64,000 nucleotides of DNA from Vicugna vicugna (Eukaryota): assembly GCA_013265495.1 (NCBI GenBank), contig MU058065.1, forward strand, positions 8,721,819 through 8,785,818, in the 5' to 3' direction. Each line of letters starts with the position of its first letter. Within the stretch, counting starts at the first letter, position 1. The notes beneath the pieces were generated by a model. The model saw only the letters and a list, made by a program, of their open reading frames with translations. It ran no database searches and was not told where the DNA came from. Both the position numbers and the translations under genes were made by a program. Below, one piece after another: positions 35,727 to 49,632 of this stretch.

Positions 35727-36440
35727 GTACATGTTTAGAGTGACCCACACCTTCAGATCTGGCTACTCTGTGCACTTCAAAGAGAAACAAACTGCTAATT
35801 TTAAAAACCTGATATTTTGTGGAGATGATTTTACAGGTTCTCTAATCAAAATTAATTTTTAAATTGTCCCTTTTTCTAAAAAGGAAAGAATTCTTCCTGC
35901 AAATTTAATTTGTGAAGTTTTTTTTTTCTTTTTTTCCTTACTATCCTTAAACAATAGTTGGCACATGTGATTGCCTTTTGTAGAGGGTGGATGGGAATGG
36001 GAGATATAAACAGTACAGATCATTTTTCCTGTAGAAATAGATTCCATGGGAGATGTTTATCATTGTTTAAAAGATTAAAACTTTGTCTTTTTTAGACTGT
36101 ATAAACAGATTAGTCTAAAATATGTAACGTTTAGTTCCTAAGAGAATGTGGTAACTGCTTCTAAAGTACTATGCCAGGGTACAGAGATTTGAAGAGATAG
36201 GATAAGAGTGGAGAGACTTGTAGACATTTTGTCTTTAGGCTTACCATTGGCCTGCAGTCCCTATGAGAATATTTTGTGTGGTTGTATACTTTGGAAATTG
36301 TTCTCTTAAAATCTTAGGTATAGAAAGCTTTGATTCCTTAGTTATTTGTTTGTTTGTTTTACCATTTAAAAAATTGTTTCTTTTTTTCTTTTTCTTTTTT
36401 TTTTTTTTGTATTCATACATGAAGAAAATTCCAATCGTTG

Positions 36441-36570
36441 TCATTCACTCATTCAGGAAGTATTTTTTTAGTATCTCCTGTGTGTCAGGCACACTTCTAG
36501 GTACTGAGATGCAACAGTCAGTAAGATAAAGTCCCTGCTACACTGCAGCTTACACTTGAGTGGAGGGAGA
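36441..36570 (-). mobile_element. L2 3' end
   Basis: tcattcactcattcaggaagtatttttttagtatctcctgtgtgtcaggcacacttctaggtactgagat. Confidence 0.7.
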
Positions 36571-37479
36571 TGTATAGTATATAAGTATAGAAATATATCC
36601 TCTAGTTTCAAATAGTGATAGTTTTTGAAGAAAAACCATTTTGAGGGTCTTCTTTTTTTAGAGAGTGGTTACTGTAGTCAAAAAAAAAATTTTCTTTCTA
36701 AGTAAGAATACAATCTTAACCAGCATTACATGTAAAACATTACATGTCAGCAGATCAGAGTACTGGCAGAGAATTTTTTTCCTTTTTTAAGTATTATAGA
36801 AACTTTTTAGTAGAAGTCTTGTTTAACTTCTCCAGTCATCCTTGACAGTTAAGACTAGAGTTAAGAAGCCAAGGCATTAATGAAAGATTTGATGACTATT
36901 TGTGACACCAGGATAGTCCAGACTACAGCAGTAATTTGCTAAGTGTGATGCATTTAGATTTATGACAGAGAATATGCTTTGGTGTATGAAGCATTTTTTG
37001 CCACATCTGTGCTAATTACATTTTTTTTTCATGAATTTGCCACAGGTTTTGTTGTTAATTGTTGTTTTTAATAATAGACAACTGGCTTGAAGCCATCTCT
37101 GTCTGTCTAGTGTTTTCTACTATGTGGTTAATGACCTGCCTTGGTAAATGGTTGCACTAGTAAGAAAATGCCCTGCAGAGGTGATGCATTTTCTGCCAAG
37201 ATTTGAGTGCATACTGGAAATCTCAGTCTTTTGTTTAGCTTAGGATTAGCTCATAAGAATATTCTGGCAGAATTGTAAATCTTGAGACTAGCATGAATTG
37301 TCATTTTCCCCTTAAATTGTTATTTTAAATATTTCTCCAACTATTATCTAAATTCCTCAGTATCTGTTGACTTTGTTATTCATTTCCTAGTGAGTGTTCA
37401 GGCAATTGTGGAAACTTATTTTTAAGAAAAACTGATGTGTTTTTAATATTATTCATATTGCTTTTTCCCTTTTCATTAG

Positions 37480-37596
37480 GAGAAAGACCTTTAAATCTCC
37501 GAATGCCTAATTTACAGAACAGACAACCCCATCATTTTGTGGTGGATGGGGAGCTGAGTAGACATTACTCCAGTGAGGCGAAGTCCCACTCGTCAG
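37480..37596 (+). CDS. NAB1: NAB1 coding exon 6
   Basis: (G)[38 protein letters not shown]. Acceptor ttttcattAG, donor CAG|GTGAGA. 117 nt, phase 1-1. Confidence 0.97.
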
Positions 37597-38164
37597 GTGA
37601 GAATGTGCGATATGATTAAAGGGAGTAATACTTGAATAGAACATCTTTAAATTCTAATCTCCTACTTCCCATTGTTCCCCTCCTCAAAAAAGTTCATTGC
37701 TAATAATGTTATAGTCAGTTTTCTGCCCTTGGAAATGATAGATAGCCACATTAATAGCCAGTCTTTTTGAGAACATAGTTTCCAAAGAATTGATTAGCTA
37801 ACATGAATGATGACTTCTATACGGAATCTAAACCAGATAATAAACGGCTGCTTTAAGGTATGTAATTCCCTTTTCCAGCCTTTCATAATATGAAATCAAT
37901 GGATTATATGTTTGCTGTCAGGCTAAGAAAACTTTATATACCAAAATCTAGATTTTTCATGCAGATGCATTTTGGGGATGATACTTGTATTTCAGAAGTA
38001 GACTCAACTCCGTAGAAGGACAAGCTGTTCCTTACTGTTGTCTGGGGTTCTCATGTTTTTGTCCAAGTAAAGTGAGTTAGACAAAATTAAAGTGTTAGAG
38101 ACCAACACCAGTTGAAAGAATTCAGGATTGTTCAGTCTTTGAGTTTTAGGAGTCACCCGAAGTC

Positions 38165-38285
38165 AGTTATTTCATCTGTAAAATAGAAATAATTTCTTCC
38201 TCATAGAATAGTTACAAGGATTGAACAAGATAGTGTATATGAATTGCCTGGCTGATAGGAATGCAATAAATGGTAGCTACTATTT
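38165..38285 (+). mobile_element. MIR
   Basis: tcagttatttcatctgtaaaatag...cctcatagaatagttacaaggattgaac...caataaatggtagctactatt. Confidence 0.65.
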
Positions 38286-38769
38286 TTATTCCTCTTTTTA
38301 TACTAAATTTAAAGTCCACTTCTGTATAGAGAGGTTAAATTCATAAACTGAAATGCCTAATTTCAGATAAGCTATTAATATTGGTTACCTTTCTAAAATC
38401 CTTTTAAAAGTGTGTGTTCACACACACATATGCATGTATATGTATCCCCCAGTATTAGTACTTTATGTAAATACTACATTTTATTGTCATTCTGTATTGT
38501 TTGTTGGAGGTTGAAATAACCATACACGTAACTCCAAGGAATGACTTCTTATGAAAGTAGAATCTTTATTCTTTTTTCTCTATTTCTCCCACCTTAAGAT
38601 TTTTTCATGACTGGAGAAACTTTTAAAAATAATTCCATGTAAACATGGAAAATGCTTTTCTTGTCTCATGTCTTCATTGGTAGTAAATATTTTAGCCAGT
38701 AACTTTGCTGTATATGAATGACCAGTTTTTTATATTTTATTTATTACTTTGGACCAAGCATTAAATAAA

Positions 38770-38980
38770 AGTGAATAGGTTCTGTATGCTATGTGCTTTA
38801 CATGCATTTCATGATTTAACTCTCATATGACACTATGTATAAATGTATAAAATGGGGTACTATCCCCATTTTATAGATGAAGATAGTAAGATGCTTAACT
38901 TGTCCAGACATGTGTACAGCTAGTAATTGGCAGAAATGGAACATAAATCCAGAATCCAAGATCTTAACCACAACTCTATA
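38770..38980 (-). mobile_element. MIR
   Basis: gtgctttacatgcatttcatgatttaactctcat...tatccccattttatagatgaaga...cagctagtaattggcaga. Confidence 0.65.
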
Positions 38981-39136
38981 AACATAAAATTTTTATATGA
39001 ATTGCAGAATCATGAATAGTTGATACTGTTTGTTTTGGAGTTTGGGGGTTTGTTTTGTTAAATTTATTTGAGTTTGTTTTTTTATGATCCATTGATTTAA
39101 AGTATCAACACATTTTTCGTTTTCATTTTTATGCAG

Positions 39137-39225
39137 AAAGCCTTGGAATTTTAAAAGACTACCCTCACTCAGCTTTTACTCTAGAAAAGAAAGTCATCAA
39201 AACAGAGCCTGAAGATTCAAGATAG
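39137..39225 (+). CDS. NAB1: NAB1 coding exon 7 (terminal)
   Basis: (E)[28 protein letters not shown] then TAG (39223-39225). The seven exons sum to 1464 nt = 487 aa + stop. Confidence 0.98.
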
Positions 39226-41672
39226 CTGTGATTCTCCCACTGTTCTCTGGAAATGGCATCAAATTTAATGCTCCATCATAGAAATAAGCCTTAATAACCA
39301 ATGTTGCCTCATTCAGCACAAACAGATTTCATAGCCAAAGCATAAGGACTGATCCTGTAGTCTGTGGAAACCAGGAAGAGAAAACTACAGCCACAGAAGA
39401 GAAAATTAAGAGAATGTTGCAATCTGTAACAAAAATATTGATCCACTCACATTCCTGTGTAAGTCGTTTTATGTGGAAAGGCTTACAAATTAATATTGTA
39501 AGCATTCATTATTTAAGAATGTACAATGTATTTGTGTAATTTATAGAAGTAAAGTCTAGATGTTGAGACCTGTTTGGTCTAATTGGTGTGGATACAGTTT
39601 ATTTTACTTGAAATTTCATTGTCTACTTTAAGTGTGCTTAGCGTAAATATTATTGTATGTCAGAGTTTAGAATCTCAGCAGTCATAAAAAAGAAAGTTTA
39701 AGTGATGTAGTTATTGGCAAGGTTGCAATGACTTTGGGAAAATGGAAAGCAAATAGTCAATTTAAGCCAAGGAAAATATTGTAGATTTAATGTCTGATGA
39801 AACTGGTTTTGTTTAACATGAAATGTGTCATTTTTTATAGTCAAATGTCATTTTTACTGGCTTAATCAGGCTCATAGTTAATAAATACTGAAGTAAAGTC
39901 AAAAAGATGAGCAATATAGTAGAAAATCTCTCTTACCTAAGTTGACCCAGGTTACATTATACGATAGCTACTTAAGGTGTAACAAAAATAGGAAGCTGTT
40001 ACTTGGACAGAGAACTTGAAACAGGTGGACTGATGTGTAAAAGCTTTGACTTAACATTATTATTTCAGAATGTGTTATGTAGGTTGAGACAAAGTAAGTC
40101 AACCCTAAATGTGATAAGGATGGTGTCTGTTAACAAAGGCTATAATATATAATTGAGTAAGTACTGTTTTATATCCAGAAATTCTTCTCTACTTACAGTC
40201 AGAGAAACTAGATGACTCTCCCTAGGGAATGTCTCCCCACCCAGAACATCACAAGTGCAGACGATCATTGCATCCACATTTGCAGGCATATTTCTAGGGA
40301 TTTTTAGTTGACATCTATATTCATTATTTATTTTACAATTTCATTTTTGTACAATTGTCAGATTGTGAATGCAATTTTTTCTTAAAATTCATTTTAACTT
40401 GAAAATATGTTTTAATTCTCCCTATTTAATTAATGGGCTGTATGCATATATATATGACGGTGTGCTTAGATGTTAATAACATACTTGCATACTTACCAGA
40501 ATTTCACATTGGAATCCATAGTTAAAAAAAAAAACAAACAAATACTACTTCTACCAATTTACAATTTTTTCTCTTGGTTTAAGAGGAGATGTTTGACAGC
40601 TTTACCTACTTCCTCCAGATTCATCTAAACCCAGACATTGCCGAGAAGAGCATATTGACTTGGAATATGTGTTTTTTTGTTTTCAGTTCTGTTCTAGGTT
40701 ATAACTATGTAAAAAATATTAAGTTATAATCTGTTATACTAAAATTCATCAGCCAAATGTTAGATGAAATGTCTGCACTGTAGTCTCTGATCACTGTCAC
40801 ATATATGTTTGCTTTTTCATTTCGATTTGTAGAATAGCTTTACAGTAGAAACACCAGTAAACAATTTTTATACTATTAAAAGGCTTTTTTCCCTTCCTAA
40901 ATGTTTTGATCGTACCGTAGTGTTTTGCCCACTGAAGACGCTTTTTATGGACCTTGCAACTTTGATGCCAGCTTGAGGTTGATTATTGTGTTTGTATTGT
41001 TCACTGTGTGTAGAAATAGTATGAGTACGATTTACATAGATTATTCAGTTTTTAATATTAGCCATAGAACTGGTTAGTATCTCAGTAGTTTCATGAAACG
41101 TTTCCTGTATTCTAATCTATTTTGAGAAATTTTGTGGGGTTTTTTTTAATTGTGTCTTATGGTTCAAGTTTGTACATTTTAATAAGCAGCAATTTTTAAA
41201 GATGTGGTAATCTTCCAACTAATATTTATCTGTCTTTCATGATCCCACAAACTGCATCTTTAAATCCATAAATAAGTTTCCTTAAGTATCATTCTTTTCT
41301 GGTCCTTCATGCTTAGCGATAAGGGGGAAGCACAAGAAAAATTTCAGTAGAATACAGTTTTTATTTTGTAAACACTAATGTATTAAACTTGCTATACATT
41401 GAAACAAATAATATATATTTTTATTTGAAGTGTATATATGAATTGGATGTTATAAGTAGTTGATTTTTTTCATTGTGTTAGAGGTATTTTCACTGAACAA
41501 GGTCAATTGGTTACCTCAGTATTACAACCAATATAGTCCAAGGGACCATTTCTCCCCAGGAGTGTGCTGTACTTTATTATGTGAAGTCTGTTTCTGTGAC
41601 TCTTAAAGCTGTTGGTGAGGTGGGACGAGTGCACTTGCTTCCTGTGGCAATAAAGACTTTCTGTGCCTCACA
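39226..41672 (+). other. NAB1: NAB1 3' UTR (approximate end)
   Basis: Repeat-free AU-rich sequence after the stop codon, with ATTTA and TGTA motifs, ending after AATAAA 41649-41654. Confidence 0.7.
41649..41654 (+). terminator. Probable distal polyadenylation signal
   Basis: AATAAA followed by CA dinucleotides at ~41669-41674 and a U/GU-rich tract (tctatgttt). Proximal candidates: AATAAA 39880, ATTAAA 40875 and 41382. Confidence 0.65.
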
Positions 41673-44600
41673 CATCTATGTTTATAGAGCTTTCTGCACA
41701 GCACTCTTCACGGTAGTGTTAGTCTACTCTGCCTCCCCTCTTTCATTACGTGGTGTGGGCTAGAGTGTTAGGGGCCAGGGGCTTATGTCTTAAGTCAAGA
41801 CGAAATATTGTTGTCAGCTATCGTCATTTCTGTAAAGCTATTTTGCATATAGGTACTTAGTTGACTCTGGAATGTCAGAGCAAGAATTTGGTTTATATTG
41901 TTCTCACTTACGAGAAGACATTTTACAAATTTACAAAGACATTTTAGAAATTACCCACCATATCTAAACAGCCAAAGTAATAAATAAAAGGGGGAACATT
42001 AGGACTTAACATTTATAATATACTAAATATTTGCAAAGTGTTAATGTGATCTGGCTTCAGTATTAAGGGCTAGGTTTATGGAATTGAACTAACCTGTGGT
42101 AGAGAATTAGCAAAAGCTTTGCAACGAGGTTGTAATTGATGAGTTTGCTAGATTAATGAAGAACTTCGTGATGTCCAGAGCTGAGCCAAGGGCTAGGATG
42201 AGGCTGGAGGCCACAGAAGAAAGGTAAAACATGATCCTTGCCCTTTGGGAGCCCAACACCTAGTTGAATTGGAACTAATGCCACTCAAATAAAAATACAG
42301 ATTTTAGTATGTTACAGACTTGGGGTGAATAAGGAGCTGACATTAGGTGCATTCTGTGTTCAGTATGGATTATGGGAGTAGATACTTAACAGGTGAAAGA
42401 GAGCACTCTCAGTGAGTGAGACTCAAGAATTATCAGCCAGGACTGGAATAGTTAACAGAAAGAGGTGGGATGTGCTTCTAAAGCCATAGAGGTAATGCAT
42501 TCCACTTTGAGGTCACTTTTTAAAAGAATACTTAAGCTCAATGCTTCAAAATGATGGTTGCCATGGATAATCATTATTTTGACAGTCCCTTTGAACCTGT
42601 CGAGAGGCAGAGGGGGAAAATGTGCTTTTTCCTGTCCTTAATTAGATTACCTAGGTAAAAGCTTTTGGATCTGGTGGTCATGAGCACTAGTGTACCTTTA
42701 CAGTTATAGTTGGTGATATTTAAGACTTGAAACCTAAATAAGCATGCAAGGAATTTCCTAACATATGGTCTGCTCACTTGGCTACTCAAATGTTTTAAGT
42801 ATTACTGACACAGTACTCATTTTGCTTGTGATTTCACTGAATACTACGTTGAGTCTTCAAAAGAAAATCAACCAAAGCATTAACCTAATGAAACTAGGTC
42901 TATCTCTTATAGGAAATGAATTCAGTTAGTACATAACTGAAGTTAGAATTAAGCAGGCATTTTGTGTTTGTAACAGCTTGAAGCATTAGACCAAATATGG
43001 TAGCTGCTATTTAACTGAAAATCACCTTATGGTCCAGCTGTGTGCATGGGTGGTGTTTCAGGGAATCCAGGCTTATTTATTTGTTATAATCTGTGGGTGT
43101 TCTCATAAATCAGATTCTCAAGTGAGCCTCCAAAGTTAATAAAAGAATGATCCAATCTCCAGAAATTTATTTTTATTGAATACGTATGGTCTCAAAAAAG
43201 TCTTATTGTTAATTATTTCCTTAGTGACTATAAAATGATTCTTATGTTACATAGAAGGGATCAAAAGCTAAATGTTAGGGTAGGGCTTTCTTACTTTTTG
43301 AGTATACAACAGTTAAAGCTTTAGAATCTCTTCTCTGGCTTCTGTTTATACTGACCTTGTGAAAATTAAACAACAACCACCAAATACCTCTTTGGGTTTT
43401 TTTTTTTTGGCAGAAAAAAACTAATCAGAAATTTATTTTTTAGGTTCATAATCAGTTTAAAGTCTGATTAAAGTTAGAATCCAAAAAGTTAACTGTTTAA
43501 GTTTTTAAGTTCAACTTACAAATCCTTTTCTATCTATAAGTTTAGCAGTTTTAAGGGAACTATGAATAACGGTTTGGTTCCATTCAAAAATTTGGTTAAT
43601 TAAGATCCTTTATATTTTTATTCTTTCATATTCTTTCTATCTTCTAAAGGCCACAGAATTTTGAAGTATTAAAACCATGCTCTATTGAATTCTGGGTCTC
43701 CTGGTTGTGTCATTTGGTCAGTTTCCAAAGTTATTCTTCTGACAGCTAAATAATCTACTTCCAAGTATTGCTCCCAATAATGTTAAAGGTCTAGCCTTTA
43801 CCAGTTCATCTTCAATTAAAAGAAATTTTTATGACATTTTTGTAGCAATTTCATAAAACATCAGAAATTAATCACGAAATATACTGATCCTAGTTTTATT
43901 TCAACATCTATATCAAATGTTTAGTTATGATCCTTTTCTTGTTTTATTCTTATTGCATGATTCCAGATACTTAAGAGAGAAACTGCCTGGTTTTTTTTTC
44001 TCTCTTTATTATACAATTGTTGTCTGTTTACATTTTCCAATGTAACTTCTCAAAAGATTTGACTTCTTCGCAGTCTCAGAGAAACAGAATTGAATGCCAT
44101 GAAACAATACTGCAAAGTGCAAACTGAGTACTTGTAACAGTGGTTCAAGATTAGTGCCAAACAAGCGTTACAATAAACCCAAGAATTTTTCTCATCGACT
44201 TACTAAGAGCGACAAATTTTGTGAATTTCCTGGTAGTCCAAACAATTTGGTATTCAACCCAGGCTAGTTTTGCTATGGGTGAGCACCAGTGACAGTATAT
44301 GTTAGATTGTGCTTCATATTTACACATTCTGAAACCTTCTGAGTCATCTTTGCATTAAAAGTTTGCACCTCATAAATTTATGTTTCAAGTGCCATGTTCA
44401 ACACCCACACACAGTCCTAAGCAAGTAAGGCCAATCTCTTGTAACTGTCACAGACACCCTCTGCTGACAGGTCACTTAGGCTCAAGTATGTAGGAAGATA
44501 CTTAAGCAGTGCACATGTAGGTGGAATCTTACCGTAACTAGCTCAGCAGAGGCATTTTATAATTTTGTGAGACTACCTACCATCCTCTACTGTGAACTGT

Positions 44601-45289
44601 TAAACCAAACATCTGTGGTCTAGCCCCATACCCTGTTATTTAGCATCCTTCCCAGAAGACAAAGTGACTTCTTCGGTAGCGTATTCTCATACTGTAGGTC
44701 CTCCAGAGTCTCATTATTTTAGTTATGTTTCAAAAAAATACACTTTCCACGTTCTGGTCCCTGACAACATGCTGTAAGGATGTTTTCCATCAAGTTCAAA
44801 TGGACTAGGTCATCTTTTTCCTTTCTGAATTCAGCCAGTTACTCTATCATCAGAATATGCTCATATATTGATGGAGTGAATTTCTTTTGCATGTAACAGC
44901 TAATTCTCAAATTGGAGCACATCTTTCTGATTTTTATTGGCGAGAAGACAGCTTGTATAATGAGATAGACATTGCAGATATAACCAGGTACTTAACTCCA
45001 ATTCTTAGGGTATTAAAAAGTCCCTTGTTTTAAAAAAAAAAATCAAGGTGAAATAAATTTAGGTTACCTAACTTATTCAAAGAGAAGAAAAAGATAATGT
45101 GATATTTAAAAGTGAGAAGAGATAGTCTCATTTCCTAAGATTTTAAGCAGGTATACAACAGTTTACAGGAAAAATAAGCCACTTTTAAGCTCTCTTGTTA
45201 AAAAGACAAGTTCTGCTTTGTAAAGCAAATGACCTAAAACTAAGGCTTATACGTTTAATCTAGTGGCAGTTGCAGTCGTGCCATATATC

Positions 45290-45430
45290 GCATTTACTGC
45301 TTCCTAGCCCTGGGCTGGCTGCTGTACATTTAATCCTTTCTGAAACTCCAGGAAGTAATTATTATCACCCTCGTTTTATAGATGAGGAAACGGAGGTCTC
45401 CAGATTAGGTAATTAGTTATCACACCCATA
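45290..45430 (-). mobile_element. MIR
   Basis: atttaatcctt...attattatcaccctcgttttatagatgaggaaacggaggtct. Confidence 0.7.
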
Positions 45431-47634
45431 GCAAATAGTAACTTTGGCCTGTCCGCTTGTTTGATGCCAGTCCAAGTGCACCCTTTCCTGTTAAATTCTC
45501 TTTGAACTGAGTGGCCTGTACTGTACCAACGTTTTACATTAACACAGTAGACACTTTAAAATGCGGATACAGCTTAACTATACACACATATAGGAACTAC
45601 TGGGCTATATGTGTATGAGTATTGATCCACTGGTTAGTTGATAGTGGTGTCTAGATTCCAGCAGAAGCATCCTAAAGGAAGTAAGCAGGCCGTTCTGAAG
45701 GCAGGTATTTAAGCAGAGAAGTTAAAGGGCTTTGCTTTAGGTCTAGCACATGTGAAAGGCTCAGGTATAGGAGCAGAAAAGTCACATTCGGGTACCATTG
45801 TGAAATTGAATGGACTAGAGCAAAGAATTTAAATAAAAATGTAATTAGAGATGAAGTATCTAGAAAAGAGAATGCCCACTTAATGACATCTTTTGAAACA
45901 TACAAAGTTCTCATTTAATTTGGGAGGCAATTAGAAGCTTTTGAGGAGAGGAGTGAAACAGTCCAAAAATATTCGAAACATAAGGACAAAATAATACAAA
46001 TCAGATCCTTAATATAAGGTGTTCCAAGGAGACCCCAAGAGCTTGATTTTGGCTCTGACAGGTGGCAGGAGTGACTAGGATGCTGTTGCAGTGGTCAAAC
46101 TGAACTCAAGCATAAGGACCAGGGGGAACAGCAGTTAAGACTGCCCAATCAGTCACAATTTCATTAATTCAGCCATCTGCTTAAAAATATCCAGGCACAT
46201 TTTTAGGAACTGGGGATACAAAAGTCACAAGACATTGTCCCTGCCCTTGAGGGAAGCTTCACTGTCTAGAAGAAGAAGAAGGTGATTGTTGATGAAGTGG
46301 CAGGACTTGACAATAGACAAATAAATGTCTGGCTCATGAGAAGGGGACAGGAACTAATTGGTCAATTGGATGGAAATTATCCATGCTTGTGACCTTGGGG
46401 AAAGGAGGGAATAAAAGGCACCACTTTTCAAGAGAATTTAGGAAGGAAAGAGAATTTGGTGTTCAATATTTTGTTTCTGACAGGTTCATTTTGGGTGTTG
46501 GTATATGTGAGTAGCACTCCTCTGAAGGCAGTGAGAAATGTTGAATCAGTGATAATGTAGATGGTCTAAGCTGGAGCTGAGCATTTTTGAGAATTTGAAG
46601 CCATTTTCCTAGAGAGGCTCCACCAAGAGCAAAATTAGTTATCAGTAAACTGATAATCCACAAATAAACCTAAAAGAACCCCCTGATAGAAGGCTGAGGT
46701 GTGTTTTGGATGTGTTGTTTAGAAGGAAGAGAGGAAGGAGGGATTCAGTGAAGGAACCATATTAGCTAGATTTCAAACCCTGGTTCGTTTAACTTCATTT
46801 GTATCTCCAAATTTCACCCACAAATTATTTATTTATTACAAAGGGAAAAGGCTAATTTTACAATTGTGAAATTTAGTCTATTCTCCTTTCCTGAACTGAG
46901 TGGGAAAATTCTGGAAACAGCATATTTACTTAAACCTCGGAGGGCTATCTTTATCCTTACAGTTGTGACCTAATTAATGCTCTTCACAAACCCGCAGATT
47001 TCTCAAATTTTATGAAAGCAAAACCGCACTGAGAGGTTTAGGGGCATATTGATACCTCGAGAAGGGATTAGTTTGCAGGTGATAATTGTTTCTGCTTCGG
47101 TTTCTATCCTTAATGAGGGAAGAAAATCATACTGTGCATTTGAAAAAATATAGGTTGCCTCCAGCTCCTTTATGTGGGCCAGTGTGAGGGCTCCAATGAG
47201 ACAGTTACGAAAAGGTTGAAAAGAAGCAGCTTAGACACTGACAGCTTGAGATAAATTCAAAGTCAAATACAAATACTATACTTTGTTTCTTAAATGGAGA
47301 GTCTTTTTTTTTAAGATAGACAAATAGCATTGTTTTGCTAAATGTTTTCTTAAAACTCAAGGATTTTCTAAATACAACAAAAATTATCATCACTAACATT
47401 TTTTAGGCATGCATCTAAAGGCAGGGTGACCATAAGAACAAATTAAGGTATGATTCTTGAACTTAAAACATTTATAATATAAAGCAGATGGCATTATTCT
47501 GAACAAATGCAAAGAACAAGAGAAAATTATGAACTGTGCCCACAACCCAGACCCATAGTCTGCCTTCACTCAAGGGAGTGAATACCAGGAATGGATATCA
47601 TTGCAGGCCGTCTTGGAGGCTGCCTTCCACAGTG

Positions 47635-48070
47635 AGGGGGGACAATGAGCTCTGTTTGACATGTTGCGTTTGAGAGGCTGTCAGTTTATCTTAGTGGAGC
47701 TATTTAGGATTTCCTTGGAAACAAAAGTCTGGAGATCAGGAAAGCCTGGAACTCAGGTCAAGACTGGGGTTGTAGATTTGGGAGTTACTGATGTCTCATA
47801 AATGGTAGCTGAAACCATGGGAGTGAATGAAAGAGGATAAAAATTGAAGAAAGTTAAAGACAGAGTCCTGGGAAATATTAACTCATATGGAGCAGGTGGA
47901 ATGACAAGAGCCTCCAGAGATACAAAAGAAAGGGCAGTTAGAGAGGAGAACAGAGACTACATCCTGGAAGTTCTTCAGAAATGTCAAATTAGACAAGGGT
48001 CAACTAGGATGAGAACAGGCTGTTGCCTTTGATCATTAAGTAGGTCACTGTCAAGTTTTAAGAGACTGCT
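47635..48070 (-). mobile_element. L2 fragment
   Basis: gacatgttgcgtttgagaggctg...agactggggttgtagatttgggagtta...ggtagctgaaaccatgggagtgaatga. Confidence 0.65.
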
Positions 48071-49420
48071 AACAAACAGTGTCATTGGGAAAAAAGAATT
48101 GATATGACTATTCAATGCAATTTGCTAAAGTAAAACACAACTTATTGATAAAAGTAAACAGAGTATGAAAATTAATAATGCACTTGATATAAGGCATATT
48201 TTATTGAAATCTAAGGGTGGCCTATTCCTGGATTAACACCACATCCACCACATCCCTCCTTCATCACAGAAGATTAGACAAATTTACTTAGAGCTCTCTG
48301 ACACATGCCAGCTCACTATGCAAGCCAGAATTCAGTGTACTTGGATCCCTTAAGCTCCTCAGCCCAGCCCTGTCACAATCTGCGTCTCAAAAGCCTGAAG
48401 TAGAATCCCAGAACAACTGACCAGGAACACCCAACTTCATGATAGAATAGATTTGTGGAAAAGAAACCATTTGGACTTGTTTGTTTGCTTGTCTGTTTTC
48501 TTTGTTTTCCCATGCATTTTAGTAAAATGACCTTTTAACTGTAAAATAATGTTCCTGATCCATGATGCCAGGCCACCATCAAAAACATCTGGCTGTTTAT
48601 AATAACCTTGTGTTTCTTTGTTTTAAAACACTTCGTTTATTTTATCACTGCTTATCTGCAGTTTTTATATCTTCAAAAACAGTCAAAATCAAGAATGAAG
48701 AGAATGGTTAGAAGAAAATAGTAAAAATTCACCAATGAAAATAAATGTATTTTAAAGATTTGAAATATGTTTTAACCTCTAGGATGTAGTTGTTTTCCTC
48801 ATGCTAAGGGAAGCTTTGAGTTATGATTAGAACACTCTAATAGCTGTAGTTCACCAAAATATATTCTCCCTGATCTCACAGAAATGATGAATTTTAATGA
48901 CTAATTCCATGATAGTAAACTTGATATGTCTGCTCTTTGCTTCTACCACCAAAGAAGGTAAATGTATACAGAATAAAACCTAAGAAGAAATACGTGCCTA
49001 ACCACATCCTGGCTGAGAAGACAGGATGCCCAAACTCAAAAAGCACTGGAATTGGGAATTAAAAGCAATAAAAATTAAAATTTTAGTAGCCTACAATCCA
49101 CTATTCTTGAGATAAAGTATAAGGTAATTAACTTTTATAAAAAACTTCTGAGTTAAGGAAATTAGACTAACCTCATTCTTTGTAATTTGCTGTTTTTAAC
49201 TTAGTAAAAGTAGCTTTTGAAATGCACTTCATTCTCTCACAAGATGTCCAGTTTATGTTTGTTTGACTGAAGATGGGGCAGCAGAGTTCTAATGAGGTAG
49301 AATTTATCACATGAGTGGTGATACACACACACACATATAGACTGAAGAATCTAAGGAAATCTTTCTAGTGAATGAGTGTAGGATGTTGAGCTTACCTGCC
49401 CAATTTCCAAAATGAACCTC

Positions 49421-49462
49421 TATTTTATTTTACTTTATTTTATTTTATTTTATTTTATTTTA
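49421..49462. repeat. (TTTTA)n pentanucleotide microsatellite
   Basis: About 8 units with one substitution. Confidence 0.9.
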
Positions 49463-49632
49463 GAAGTTGGAGCTGAAGTAAAAGAAGAAGAAAGCAAGCC
49501 CAGGGTGCATGTCTGGCAGTACTAGTGTGGTCCAAGGACACATTTGGGACTCACTTTGCCTGACAGCCAATGTCTACAGTGACTTAAACAGGAGCAAAAT
49601 ACCATTAAGATCCATAAAACCTTATCTCCACA

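Noticed and set aside
36724..36747. Small tandem duplications (cattacatgt x2; also ~41918-41954 and ~55166-55194)
   Set aside because: Ordinary slippage-scale duplications with no further structure.
40910..40918. TCGTACCGT identical to the 5' end of miR-126-3p
   Set aside because: Sense rather than complementary orientation, 9 nt only, and no hairpin context.
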